Shown here one piece after another: positions 1 to 11,600 of a stretch of DNA of 50,598 nucleotides. The notes beneath the pieces are model-generated. The model made no database searches. It was given only the letters and a program-made list of their open reading frames with translations, and was not told where the DNA came from. The stretch's first letter is position 1. Every line of letters begins with the position of its first letter. The DNA lies in assembly GCA_000388065.2 (NCBI GenBank), contig KB932204.1. One strand, written 5' to 3'. Made by a program: the position numbers and the translations under genes. Source of the stretch: Fonticula alba ATCC 38817. Its lineage: Eukaryota; Protista; Nucleariida.

Positions 1-45
1 GAGAGAGAGAGAGAGAGACCACGCAGGAGGGTAAAAATGGCGCAC

Positions 46-1463
46 CCATCGGCCCGGAGGAGTAGCGGGACTCTCCCCGACCACCAGCCCCACCCGAAGC
101 AGAGGGGCCACCATGAGGCATGCCACCCATGGACGGGGCATACTGCGGCCGACCGCCACCGAAGGGCCCACGACCGCCGTGCGGATGCCCGCCAAAGGGC
201 CCAGACCCCTTGGGGCCACCGCCGCCGCCGCCGCCACCGCCGCCGCCACTCCCCCCGCTGAAGGGGGTGTGGTGATGCTGCGGCGGGAGCCGAGGAGCGG
301 GCTTGGTGGATGTGGTGACGGCCAGCGGCGCCGGGGCCGGCGGCAGCAAGGGCTGCGGGGAGATCGACGAGCCGGCCGGTGCAGCGGCCGGGGTTTGCTT
401 GATCGGGGCCGCGCCGGCCGGAGGGTCGAGAGTGCGCTGGCGTGACACCTCGCGCCGGGCCCGGGCAGCGAGTTCGCGCAAGGAACGGTACGCCTCGGCC
501 AGGGATGCACGATGGGCGACGAAGGCCGCATTGCGCGCGGCCTGCCGCGCCTCGAGGGCCTTCACCTGATGCTCCACGTCCCGGTGCCGGGCCTGAGTCT
601 CCTCGCGCGAGGCCTGCTTGCGGATTTGCTCGGCCAGGGCGTCGTACTCGCGACAGCGCTCGGCCCGCCGGCGCTCTTGATCGAGCGTGGTCTGGATCAT
701 TTGGATGTCGGCCTCGGTGCTGGCGATCTCCCTCTCTACAGGGCGGGGCATGGGAGAGACGGGAGGCCGAGGGGGGGGGGGGGGGGGGGGGGAAGGTCAG
801 AAGCGGAGGATTCGCGGGTGGACGGGGTGCCTCGTCATCTGAGCGCCCCGTCTGCTGGGGCGCATGTATGCATATACATGTGGGCCGTCGTACCGAGCTC
901 CTCGAATTCGGCCAGCTGCGAGCCACACTCCTCGGCCAAACCGAGGCAGGCGAGCTCTGCGCTGGTGAACGTCTCAGCCATGAGGTCCAGATCCAGGAGA
1001 AGGTCGTCCAAGAGACCGGAACTATGAGCGAGCAGGGCGAGCAGGGCGAGCAGGTCAGCATATGGAGGAAGGCCAAGCAATCTCTATTCATACACGCGCT
1101 GCATCTGCGTGCGTGCGTGCGTGTACATGTGGCTGTGCATGTGCGGGGGTTTGGTGAGCTTGTGCGCAAGTTCGCGACATACCGGGTGTCAGTGGCGACC
1201 GGGGCATTGGTCAAGGCCACAACCTTGGAGGGGAGTCGTTTCCGCAGGGCTGATTCCTCGGCATCCAGGCGGTTGGCGAAGACAGCATCTGGCGGCCAGG
1301 CACGCGGGGGGTTAGTCCGTGACCCACGGGCCAGGGAGAGGGATGGAACTGGGCAAGTGGAAAGCAAGCGAACAGTACCATTGGTGGCGAGCTGTGTCGA
1401 GCAGTTCTGAATGAAGCGCCCTTGCATGTAGCGGGACTTGCCCGCCTGCGGGAACATCGACAT
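46..1463 (-). CDS. THOC7: THO complex subunit 7 / Mft1-like protein, 3' partial, with Gly/Pro-rich RGG-like tail
   Basis: Spliced exons 1463-1379, 1288-1183, 1021-894 and 735-46 join in frame with GT-AG introns (ACTAAC branch point before exon 2). Protein MSMFPQAGK...DAVFANRLDAEESALRKRL...REIASTEADIQMIQTTLDQERRRAERCREYDALAEQIRKQASREET matches the THOC7 coiled-coil motif (RQEYDALAKVI). A GTGCGC donor at 45 suggests the gene continues beyond the window. Confidence 0.75.
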
Positions 1464-3468
1464 GCTCAAGTGGGATGGCCAGCCGGGGGCCGGGGCGGGG
1501 CGGACGCGAGCAGGAAGGATCGAGGCAGCGAGGGAGGGGCGCGCCCCAGGGGGGAGAGGGGAGGGGGTCTGGCAGAGGCGCGGAGGTGACGCGCGGAGAA
1601 TGGAGCGGAGGAACGGCGAGAAGGAGGAAAGGGCGCAGAGAGGGGGGGGGGGGTTGGAGGTGGGATACAAACGGAGGCCAGGCGCCCAGCCCAACCGCGA
1701 CGGTGGCCTTTGAGGGCCGCAGTTGCCAACTATACGATCACGCCCCCTGCTGTCATGTGTATCTAGAATGGAGTTCTGTTCTGCAGTGGATCATCGGCAC
1801 CTCGACCGCTGAGGCGCCGCACCACGTCTGTGCATCCAAATGCGCGGCTCCCTCCCTCTCGGCGTTGTGCGCCTTTTTGCCCGGCGAACGCAAGCGCGCC
1901 CCACTCGTGTGCTTGCATGTGTGCTGCTTGCCGTCTTGTGCGTTCGTCCCCCCCGGGGGCATCGCACGAGCGCTCGCGCCGGGGCCCGGTACGTACGCGT
2001 GTGCGTGGGAGGGTGAGTGTCGGTACATGGATGCAAGCAGGCATGCATGCATCTGTGTGCCCGGCGGCCCCTGTCTCATGAGGGCGGTCCCGCAGAGCCG
2101 GCGGTTGAGCGCAATATTAGGGNNNNNNNNNNNNNNNNNNNNNNNNNNNNNNNNNNNNNNNNNNNNNNNNNNNNNNNNNNNNNNNNNNNNNNNNNNNNNN
2201 NNNNNNNNNNNNNNNNNNNNNNNNNNNNNNNNNNNNNNNNNNNNNNNNNNNNNNNNNNNNNNNNNNNNNNNNNNNNNNNNNNNNNNNNNNNNNNNNNNNN
2301 NNNNNNNNNNNNNNNNNNNNNNNNNNNNNNNNNNNNNNNNNNNNNNNNNNNNNNNNNNNNNNNNNNNNNNNNNNNNNNNNNNNNNNNNNNNNNNNNNNNN
2401 NNNNNNNNNNNNNNNNNNNNNNNNNNNNNNNNNNNNNNNNNNNNNNNNNNNNNNNNNNNNNNNNNNNNNNNNNNNNNNNNNNNNNNNNNNNNNNNNNNNN
2501 NNNNNNNNNNNNNNNNNNNNNNNNNNNNNNNNNNNNNNNNNNNNNNNNNNNNNNNNNNNNNNNNNNNNNNNNNNNNNNNNNNNNNNNNNNNNNNNNNNNN
2601 NNNNNNNNNNNNNNNNNNNNNNNNNNNNNNNNNNNNNNNNNNNNNNNNNCCCCCCCCCGACCCAACGGGCCGCTATCTGCATGCTCGTGTACTGCAACGG
2701 CCCGAGCCGGCCCGGCTTGTGGTGCCTACCGTCCCCCCCCCCCTCTCTCCCTGGGAGTGCCCTGCCACCAGCGCGGAGCGGGGGGATCTTAGCACGGCTT
2801 GGGGCGTGCGCGGTGAGTTTGTCCACACCTCCCTGGAGGGGGGAGACGGGGGGCGGCCTTTTTTCTGCACTTCCTCGGCCGCCGTTCTCTCTCCCTCTCT
2901 CTCTCTCCCCTGGAACTGGCTCCGGACGGACCCAGTGGAATGGGCAAAAAGCCATGAGCACTCCTAAACCCTTGCGAGAGCGCCCACCTGTGGCGGAGCC
3001 GGGGGAATACCAATGTGCCTAGACCAGCGAGCGCAGGAGAGCCCGCACACGAGAGAGCGGCGGGCCGGAGGTGTGGGCGGTGGATACAATCAGTGGCCGC
3101 CGCATGCGGGGCCGGGCGGAGGCCGGGGGGGGGGGGGGGGGAGGCCGCCGCTTTCTCGGCCCCTCACGCACAGGCGCGGCCACAACAGGGGAGGGCGACG
3201 GGAGGGGCGGGGGGAGGGTTGGGCTTTTTGGGCTGCATCACACTGGTCATCCCGGCCCAGGGGCCGCTTCACCTATCCTCCCGGTTCCCACTTTTGCTCT
3301 GGTTGGACTTCCTTCTCTGTATGTGTGTCCCTCCCTCTCTCTCTCCCCCTCCTCCTCCCTCCCCCCCCCCCTCCTCTGACACGGACCATCCCCTCTTCCC
3401 CCCCCCCTCCCCCTCCCCCCTGCGACCGATCTCTCTTTCTCCCTTGCTCGGGCAGTTTTCCCCTCACA

Positions 3469-6400
3469 ATGCAGGCCCCCGTTCTTGTTCTGCGTACGCC
3501 ACTGCCCTGCCTCCTTGCGCCTGCGCCCCTGTGAGTGTCCTCCTCCCAGAGGTGCCCACGGGCACTTTGCTGACCCTCTTCGCTGCCTTCCTCCTTCCTC
3601 CTTTCCCACCCACAGAGCAGAACACCAAGCGCCAGCACGGCCGCAAGACCCAGATTGAGAACATCAATGCTGCCAAGGTATGGCTGTGCTTGTCCCCCTC
3701 GCCGTTGGCCCGGTCTGGCCTGGCTCCGGCCCCTCGCTTGCCATCTGGCCCCTTTGGCCCCCCACCGCGCCCTGACCCCCTGCCCGCCGCGACTCGCTCC
3801 CTCTTTCGTTCCCGGGGCCTGCCCACTCGGCATTCAGACTGTCGCCGACATCATCCGCACCTGCCTGGGCCCGCGCGCCATGCTGAAGATGCTGCTTGAC
3901 CCGATGGGCGGCATTGTCCTGACCAATGATGGTAACGCCATCCTGCGCGAGTGCGACATCGCCCATCCGGCCGCCAAGTCCATGATTGAGCTGTCCCACA
4001 CTCAGGATGAGGAGGTCGGCGATGGCACCACCTCGGTCATTGTCCTGGGTGCGTTGTGCTGACTCTGCGTCCGGCCGCCGTGGGCGGATACCTCCCTCCC
4101 CGCTCTTACTCCCCCTGGGGACAGGCGGGGGGCGGACACACCACACCGCAGCCACAGAGACTCTGACATGCCTTCCGCCTCTTTTGTTTCTTTCCTTTTT
4201 TTTTTCTCGCACCCATCTCCGCAGCCGGCGAGGTCCTCAATGTGGCCCTGCCCTTCGTCGAGGGCGACATGCACCCGACCGTTATCATTCGCGCCTTCAG
4301 CCAGGCGCTCGAGGAGGGTCTGGCCTTCTACAAGACCATCGTCAAGCCCATTGACATCCACAACCGCGAGGAGATGATCTCCACCATCCGCAGCTCTCTC
4401 GGCACCAAATACGTCAGGTTCGTCGCCGAGCCAGGGCCGGCCACGTGTCGCCCTTGCATTTGCTCCCCTCCTGCTTGTGGCAGCTCACATGGGACTAACC
4501 ATCACCTTCTCCCTCTCTTCCTCTCGTCGATGCGGTGCCGCACAGCCGCTGGAGCGACCTCATGTGCGACCTGGCCTACCGGGCGGTCTTCACCGTGGCC
4601 GTGCACGGCGACGGGTCCGAGAACTCCCGCAACGAGGTGGACATCAAGCGCTTCGCCAAGGTGGAGAAGGTTCCCGGCGGTGAGATCGAGGAGTCTCGCG
4701 TGCTATTACAAGGNNNNNNNNNNNNNNNNNNNNNNNNNNNNNNNNNGCACAGCCGCTGGAGCGACCTCATGTGCGACCTGGCCTACCGGGCGGTCTTCAC
4801 CGTGGCCGTGCACGGCGACGGGTCCGAGAACTCCCGCAACGAGGTGGACATCAAGCGCTTCGCCAAGGTGGAGAAGGTTCCCGGCGGTGAGATCGAGGAG
4901 TCTCGCGTGCTGGACGGTGTGATGCTCAACAAGGACGTCACCCATGCCCAGATGCGCCGGCGCATTGAGAACCCCCGCATTCTGCTGCTCGATTGCCCGC
5001 TCGAGTACAAGAAGGGCGAGTCCCAGATTTCCGTCGAGGTGCGCTCCTTCTCCCCCTCCCTCCTCCTCTCTTTCCCTGTGCATCGCTTGTGTGATCATCT
5101 GCCACGATGGGCATTCCTCCTTCCCCCCCCCTCCCTTTTTTGCCTCCTTCTCACCATGCCGCGCGCCTGGGCCTGCACACGCACACACGACTGTACACAG
5201 ATCACCAAGGAGAATGACTGGAACCGCGTCCTCCAGATCGAGGAGGAGTTCATCAAGAAGATGTGCGACGACATCATCGCCCTCAAGCCGGATCTGGTGA
5301 TCACTGAGAAGGGTCTTTCCGGTACGTGTTTTGGCATGGATGCATGGTGTTGCTGCTGTCCTCTGGGCCTCCTGTCTGACCGCCGGTGTCCGCTGCTCTC
5401 CCCTGGCGCCGGCAGACCTTGCCCAGCACCACCTCCTGAAGGCCGGTATCAGCGCCCTCCGTCGTGTCCGCAAGTCCGACAACCTGCGCATTGCCCGGTA
5501 CGAGCATCTCACGATGTGTCCCCCTTCTCGCATCGGCATCTCCCCTGCTCGCCGACTCCGCGGGCTTTGCCCCCCCCCCCCCCCCCGCGCGCGCCTGCAT
5601 GCGCGTCCCGGCCGCTGACACAGTCACCATCCTCCGCCCCCTCGCACCCACGCACCATGAACAGCGCCTGCGGTGCCACCATCGTCGACCGCACTGAGGA
5701 CATCAAGGAGAGCGACATCGGCACCAAGTGCGGCCTCTTCTACGTCGACAAGATTGGCGATGAGTACTTCTCCTTCATCGTCGACTGCAAGGAGCCCAAG
5801 GCGTGCACCCTGCTCCTGCGCGGTGCCTCGAAGGATGTCCTGAGCGAGGTCGAGCGCAACCTGCAGGATGCCATGAACGTGGCCCGGAATGTCATCTTCG
5901 AGCCGGCTCTCCTGCCCGGTGGTGGTGCCGCCGAGATGGCCCTTGCCACTCACCTCAACGAGTATGCCAAGTCCATTGAGGGCATCCACCGTGGCCCGTT
6001 CGCCGCCATTGCCAAGGCTCTGGAGGTCATCCCCCGCACTCTGATCCAGAACTGCGGTGGCAATGTCAACCATATCATCACCCAGCTGAAGGTGCGTACA
6101 CCGAGCCCCCTCTCTGCCCGAGGAACGGGGCAGGCACATGACTCCTCCGTGTGGTCTCTCCCTTCCCCCTGGCCTCCTTCGTCCTCTTGTGTCGGAGCAG
6201 CGACGGGGGGAGGGGGGCGGCCAGTGTATATATGCGTGTGTGTGCGTGTGTGCTGACCCCTTTGTGTGCTGTGTCATTTCGGGCCGGCGTGTGCCTGTCC
6301 TCTGCTCGCGCCTCCTCCCCTCCTCCCATGCGCAGGCCAAGCACGTCGCTGGCCAGCACACCTTCGGCATCGACGGCGACCTGGGCACCCTGAACGACAT

Positions 6401-6536
6401 GGAGGCCGGCCCGCTCCACGTCTGGGAGCCTTTCTCCGTCAAGGCCCAGACCCTGAAGACTGCGATTGAGGCGGCCTGCCTGCTGCTGCGCGTGGATGAC
6501 ATCGTCTCCGGCCTCTCCCAAAAGGGCGCCCACTAA
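3469..6536 (+). CDS. CCT3: T-complex protein 1 subunit gamma (CCT/TRiC chaperonin), multi-exon
   Basis: MQAPVLVL / NTKRQHGRKTQIENINAAK / LGPRAMLKMLLDPMGGIVLTNDGNAILRE / EVGDGTTSVIVL / ENPRILLLDCPLEYKKGESQ / ACTLLLRGASKDVLSEVERNLQDAM / LLLRVDDIVSG, TAA at 6534-6536. One exon is duplicated across the 4714-4746 gap (artefact). Confidence 0.97.
4540..4911 (+). repeat. 165-bp duplication flanking an N-gap inside CCT3 (assembly artefact)
   Basis: 4540-4704 is identical to 4747-4911, including the intron acceptor, separated by ATTACAAGG and 33 N. Confidence 0.85.
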
Positions 6537-7492
6537 GCGTGTATGCATAGCCATGCACGTCCGCGCGCGCGCGCGTGTCTCTCTGCTCTTTGCTCCCCTT
6601 GACTCTCCCCCTCTTCTCCCCTGCGCGCCTGGCTCACCGCGCGCGCGCGCGCACATGTGCGTGTGTGCCTTTCCCATGCACCCACAAACACATGGAAGAG
6701 ACAGGCGCCGGGGGGGGGGGAGGACGCCCAGGCGGCGAGCCAGCAGAAAGAGAGCAAGAGTGATAGGTGGCGGGAGAAAGCGGCGGCGAGTGCAAGGGGG
6801 GGCACCCACGCGCACGCACACACATGCTCGTCGCTGGATTCGGCCATGGTGGTGCTCGGTGCCTCTCCTCCCTCGCGTCGCTCCTCTGCGCGTCTCCTCT
6901 CCCCCTTTCTCCATGTCCTTCTCCGATCGTGTCACCTCCTGGCCCTGGCGCTCCAGTCTCTCCCCATCAGCGGCCACGCCATGCACGTACTTCTGTGCAC
7001 ACGAAAGCTCCCCTTCCTCCTTGCCTCTCTTGCCCTCCCCTCTCCTGTATGTTTCGGGCATGTGCCAATGCCTGCTCGGAGCCGGGCCAGGGGGGGAGGG
7101 GCCATGCACGTCCTTTCTCCCCCCTCTCTCTCTCTCCCCCCCCCCCCCTCCCCCCTTGTATTCCCCCCTTCTTCCCCTCCACTGATAGACAGTACCCGAA
7201 AATCTGCCATAAAAAAACATATCTTCCTTGCCCCTGTCTGCTGCTCCTTTTCTCCTCTTCTCTCATCCTCTCAGGGGCGGCGTGTGTATGTGCGTGTGCG
7301 TGTATATGCCTCTTCGCTTTCTTTTGCCTTTTCTGCCAACTGCCGGGGTGTATATTGGACCAGCGAGAGGGGAAAAAGAAAAAAAAAAAGGACCCCAGGT
7401 GGCGCAAATGCGTGTCACGACGATGGGGATAGGCGGCTTTGGGACGGGGCGGCATGGCACACGTCACGCAGGGGGAACCATCCCCTCGGCAT

Positions 7493-9676
7493 CTACTCCT
7501 GGGAGACATGATACTTACGGCAGAAGTCGGCCATACGAGCGAAGGCCTCGGCCAGCTTCTCCTTGGGCGAGGTGAAGACAATGCGGAAGTAGCCCGGAAC
7601 ACCGAAGCACTGGGTGTATACGGGTCGGATTGTGTTTGCAGTGGCCAAATGGTCAAGATGGGAGTGGGGGAGGGGGGAGAGAGAGAGAGGGGGGGGGCGG
7701 AGAGCAATGCACCGGGCCCGGGGGAGGGGGGAGGGGAAGCGCTCAAAGACAACTCCGAGGAACGTACAGCACCAGGCAGGCAGTGGACCGACTGCTCGGC
7801 GATGAGGCGCTCACAGAAGCGGCTGTCATTGCCGGCAAACTCGGGCAGGGCCACCGGGTCGATCTTGACCATGACATACATGGCGCCCTGCGGGGCGATC
7901 GGCTGCAGGCCGGGGATCTTGCGGATGGCCTCGACAGTGGTGTTGGCGAGCTCCTGTCGGCATGGGGCGTGGCAGTGTAGGAGCGGAGGCTTAGCAACAG
8001 AGGGTCGTCGGCAGCTAAAGGGCATTTTCCGGACAAGAAGGCTTCAATGCCAGGGCCAGGCGCACCTCGAGCATGCGGTTGTTGTTGTCGAAGTAGGACT
8101 GCTCGGTCTCGAGGAGGATCGTCGGCAGGACGCCCTGGAGGAGGGAGTTGGCACCGAGAACCAACTGGGAGAGGCGGTTCAGACCATCGCGGATCTGCCG
8201 GGCGCCGGTGGGCGGGTCAGCAATGGCGTGTCAATGAACCCGCGGCAGGAGAGGGAGGGCAAAGAAATGGGTGGACACAATATGACAGGAGGGCCGGGAG
8301 GTGGCAGGGAGCCGCAGCGCACCTGGGCAAGCTGGCCATGACGATCGTGGATGGTCAGCCAGCCAAGGCGCCAGCCGGGGACCATGAAACGCTTGGCCAG
8401 GCCACCGGCCGAGATGACAGGCACGTCGGTGCTCAGCTACCCGGACAGCGGGGGAACAGCGAGGGAGGGGGAAAGACAACATGTGTCAGTGGGTGATGCA
8501 AGGCCGAGAGGGGGAAGACGGGGGCGAGAAGGCCGGCATGGGCCCGGCTGGGAGCGCGCGACAACAGCGAGACAGCCACATACACGAGCAATGTGGGTGA
8601 AGGTCTGGCCGGAGAAGACCATGTCGGCGTAAATCTCATCGGCAAAGATGGGCAGCCGGTGCTTTTGGGCCACTGACAGCGCGCGAGGGGAGGGCGTGAG
8701 CGAGGGCAAGGAGGGAAAAAAAAGGAGGACGAGGTGGGCGAGTGTCAGAGGAAGTGGGGGTGCGGGGGGGGGCAAGGAAAAAAGCCCACAGGGAGGAGAC
8801 GGCAAACGGCGATCCAGAGACGGCCAGTGGGGGGGGGGGGGGATACCGTACCGGCGAGAAGCTCGAGGAGGTGAGCCTCGGAGTAGTTCGAGCCGCAGGG
8901 GTTCGAGGGGTTGGTGATCAGGATGAAGGCGGTCTTCGCGTCGATCAGGGCCTCGATCGACTCGATGCTAGCCTCCCAGTTCTTCTCGGCCTGCGGTGCG
9001 TCGGAGTGGCCAGGCACCACAAGGGGGAACACACGGAAGGGCAGGGGTGGTGAGGGGGGCGTCAAGCGAAGGGGGGCACTGGCGAGGGAAGGCAGCTTGA
9101 GGCGACGGAGCCGCGCTCTGCCCCGCCGGGCACGTACCACCAGATCGTAGTGGCGGACCTCGACGCCACGAGCCTCGGCGATGGTCTGGTACAGGGAGAA
9201 GCCCGGCCGGGGGAGGAGGATGTTCTGGCCCTCGTCGGCCATGGCGCTGATGGCCAGCTCAATGGCACCGGAGCAGCCCGAGGCAATGATCACATCGGCC
9301 GGGGTGAGGGGCGCGCGCGGGTCCGAGCCGTAGGCCTTGGCGATGGCCGCACGGGCGGACTCATACCCGGTGGACGGGGGGTACCCGTTGAACTTCTTGC
9401 TGTTGATGGCCTCGACGAGGGCGGCATTGACCGAGTCGGGGACGGAGAAGTTCCCGAAAATGGTCGGGTCACCTGGAGCGATGGTGTCAGTGGCAAGGGG
9501 CAGGCACTGGGGCATGAGGCGAGCGGCGAGCGAGTGGACAAACCGATGGACAGGCGGATGTCCGCCAGGTCGGGGTTCGGGACGGTCTTCATGCCATCAA
9601 CGATCTGACGGATGGGGTTGGTGGTGCGCAGGGAGGAGGCGGAGGCCTTGAGAACCGGGAAGTCGGACATGGTCAT
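7493..9676 (-). CDS. TAT: Tyrosine aminotransferase (PLP-dependent class I), multi-exon
   Basis: [10 protein letters not shown] / [11 protein letters not shown] / [19 protein letters not shown] / [16 protein letters not shown] / [10 protein letters not shown] / IFADEIY / [16 protein letters not shown] (PLP Lys) / PQGAMYVMV / [17 protein letters not shown] at 7495-7493; ATG at 9676 or 9670. Confidence 0.93.
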
Positions 9677-9787
9677 CAACGGGAAGGGGGCTGGGGAGGA
9701 CAGACGGGGGGGGGGAGGAAGTGAGGGCGGCTGGAGGGAGGGCGGCTGGGCGGTGGCTTAGGGAACTGGGCCTGGCCTTCCGGACGT

Positions 9788-9895
9788 AGCTTAAAAAGCC
9801 CACGCCCAGGCGCTAGTCACCGCCGCCATGTTACCTNNNNNNNNNNAGCTTAAAAAGCCCACGCCCAGGCGCTAGTCACCGCCGCCATGTTACCT
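9788..9895. repeat. 49-bp duplication across a 10-N gap (assembly artefact)
   Basis: 9788-9836 is identical to 9847-9895. Confidence 0.85.
9850..9888 (-). other. Candidate 12-codon uORF MAAVTSAWAWAF* upstream of TAT (duplicate copy at 9791-9829 across a gap)
   Basis: ATG GCG GCG GTG ACT AGC GCC TGG GCG TGG GCT TTT TAA in AACATGG context. The proximal copy ends about 115 nt before the TAT ATG. Confidence 0.4.
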
Positions 9896-11600
9896 CCGGG
9901 GGGGGGGGGGGGGGGCCTGGGCCGAGGGGAGGCGGGCCGGGAGAGAGACACACCTACACACTGGGTAAAATTCACCTGCCCGCCGCGGCCCTCCTTGCAC
10001 CACTCTACCGGCACACTGCCACCGCCATCGGCCCAGGATACGCACGGAAGATCTCCCGCGGGCGCTCCCGGCCGGCCGCCCGGCCGCAGGCATCCCCTTT
10101 CCCAGTGCATGCCCCGAGGGGCGGGGGGGGGGGGCGGAGAAGGCCCGGACACGCTCTCTCGTGTGGGGACATGTGTAGAGGGTGTCCTGGCGGCCCGGCC
10201 ACCAAGCCGGGGGTGGCGGAGGGGGGGGGGGGTTGGCCTGCGATCGTGCATGTGCACACCACCCCCAGCCACTCCGGCCCGGAGGGGCGGGGTGCCGCCG
10301 CCCAGCACATGACAGACCGTCCTGCGCCTTGCGCCGAGCCCTCCTGGGGGGGGGGGCCCCCCGTCCCCCCCCCCCCCCCGAGAGTGTGAGTTTGGAGGAC
10401 GGGAACATGCTTCCTCCCTTGGTGTGCTTGTCGCCATAAAAATGCATCCTTTTCAAGGCCGTCTACGGGACCTGCGCAAGGGCTGACGCTAGGTCGTGTT
10501 TTTTTTTTCCGCCAAAGTTAGCGACCCTGCCTGCCCCCCTTCCTCTCGCCGTCCGCCNNNNNNNNNNNNNNNNNNNNNNNNNNNNNNNNNNNNNNNNNNN
10601 NNNNNNNNNNNNNNNNNNNNNNNNNNNNNNNNNNNNNNNNNNNNNNNNNNNNNNNNNNNNNNNNNNNNNNNNNNNNNNNNNNNNNNNNNNNNNNNNNNNN
10701 NNNNNNNNNNNNNNNNNNNNNNNNNNNNNNNNNNNNNNNNNNNNNNNNNNNNNNNNNNNNNNNNNNNNNNNNNNNNNNNNNNNNNNNNNNNNNNNNNNNN
10801 NNNNNNNNNNNNNNNNNNNNNNNNNNNNNNNNNNNNNNNNNNNNNNNNNNNNNNNNNNNNNNNNNNNNNNNNNNNNNNNNNNNNNNNNNNNNNNNNNNNN
10901 NNNNNNNNNNNNNNNNNNNNNNNNNNNNNNNNNNNNNNNNNNNNNNNNNNNNNNNNNNNNNNNNNNNNNNNNNNNNNNNNNNNNNNNNNNNNNNNNNNNN
11001 NNNNNNNNNNNNNNNNNNNNNNNNNNNNNNNNNNNNNNNNNNNNNNNNNNNNNNNNNNNNNNNNNNNNNNNNNNNNNNNNNNNNNNNNNNNNNNNNNNNN
11101 NNNNNNNNNNNNNNNNNNNNNNNNNNNNNNNNNNNNNNNNNNNNNNNNNNNNNNNNNNNNNNNNNNNNNNNNNNNNNNNNNNNNNNNNNNNNNNNNNNNN
11201 NNNNNNNNNNNNNNNNNNNNNNNNNNNNNNNNNNNNNNNNNNNNNNNNNNNNNNNNNNNNNNNNNNNNNNNNNNNNNNNNNNNNNNNNNNNNNNNNNNNN
11301 NNNNNNNNNNNNNNNNNNNNNNNNNNNNNNNNNNNNNNNNNNNNNNNNNNNNNNNNNNNNNNNNNNNNNNNNNNNNNNNNNNNNNNNCCCCCTCCACTCA
11401 TTTAAATCCTTCTCTCCTCCAGCCTCCACCCCACTTCCCGGGCCCCCAGGGAAGCAGTCGCCGTCGTCGCCGTCGGTACCACTGCCTGGGTCTCCCCTCT
11501 CCCTTGCCAACACGCTCACGCACACACGCACACAGGCACACGCACACACGCACACACGCACACACGCACACACGCACACGCGCGTCCCCCACCACCAGCC

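Noticed and set aside
1475-3022. ORFs spanning N-gaps (also 10463-11749, 31770-35871, 39199-40700)
   Set aside because: Artefacts of translating N as X.
4540-4911. Apparent exon duplication in CCT3 (possible mutually exclusive exons)
   Set aside because: The copies are identical and flank an N-gap, consistent with unmerged contig overlap.
4535-6256. Long ORF reading through several CCT3 introns
   Set aside because: Stop-free introns are expected at this GC content, and the intronic translation is low-complexity and not chaperonin-like.
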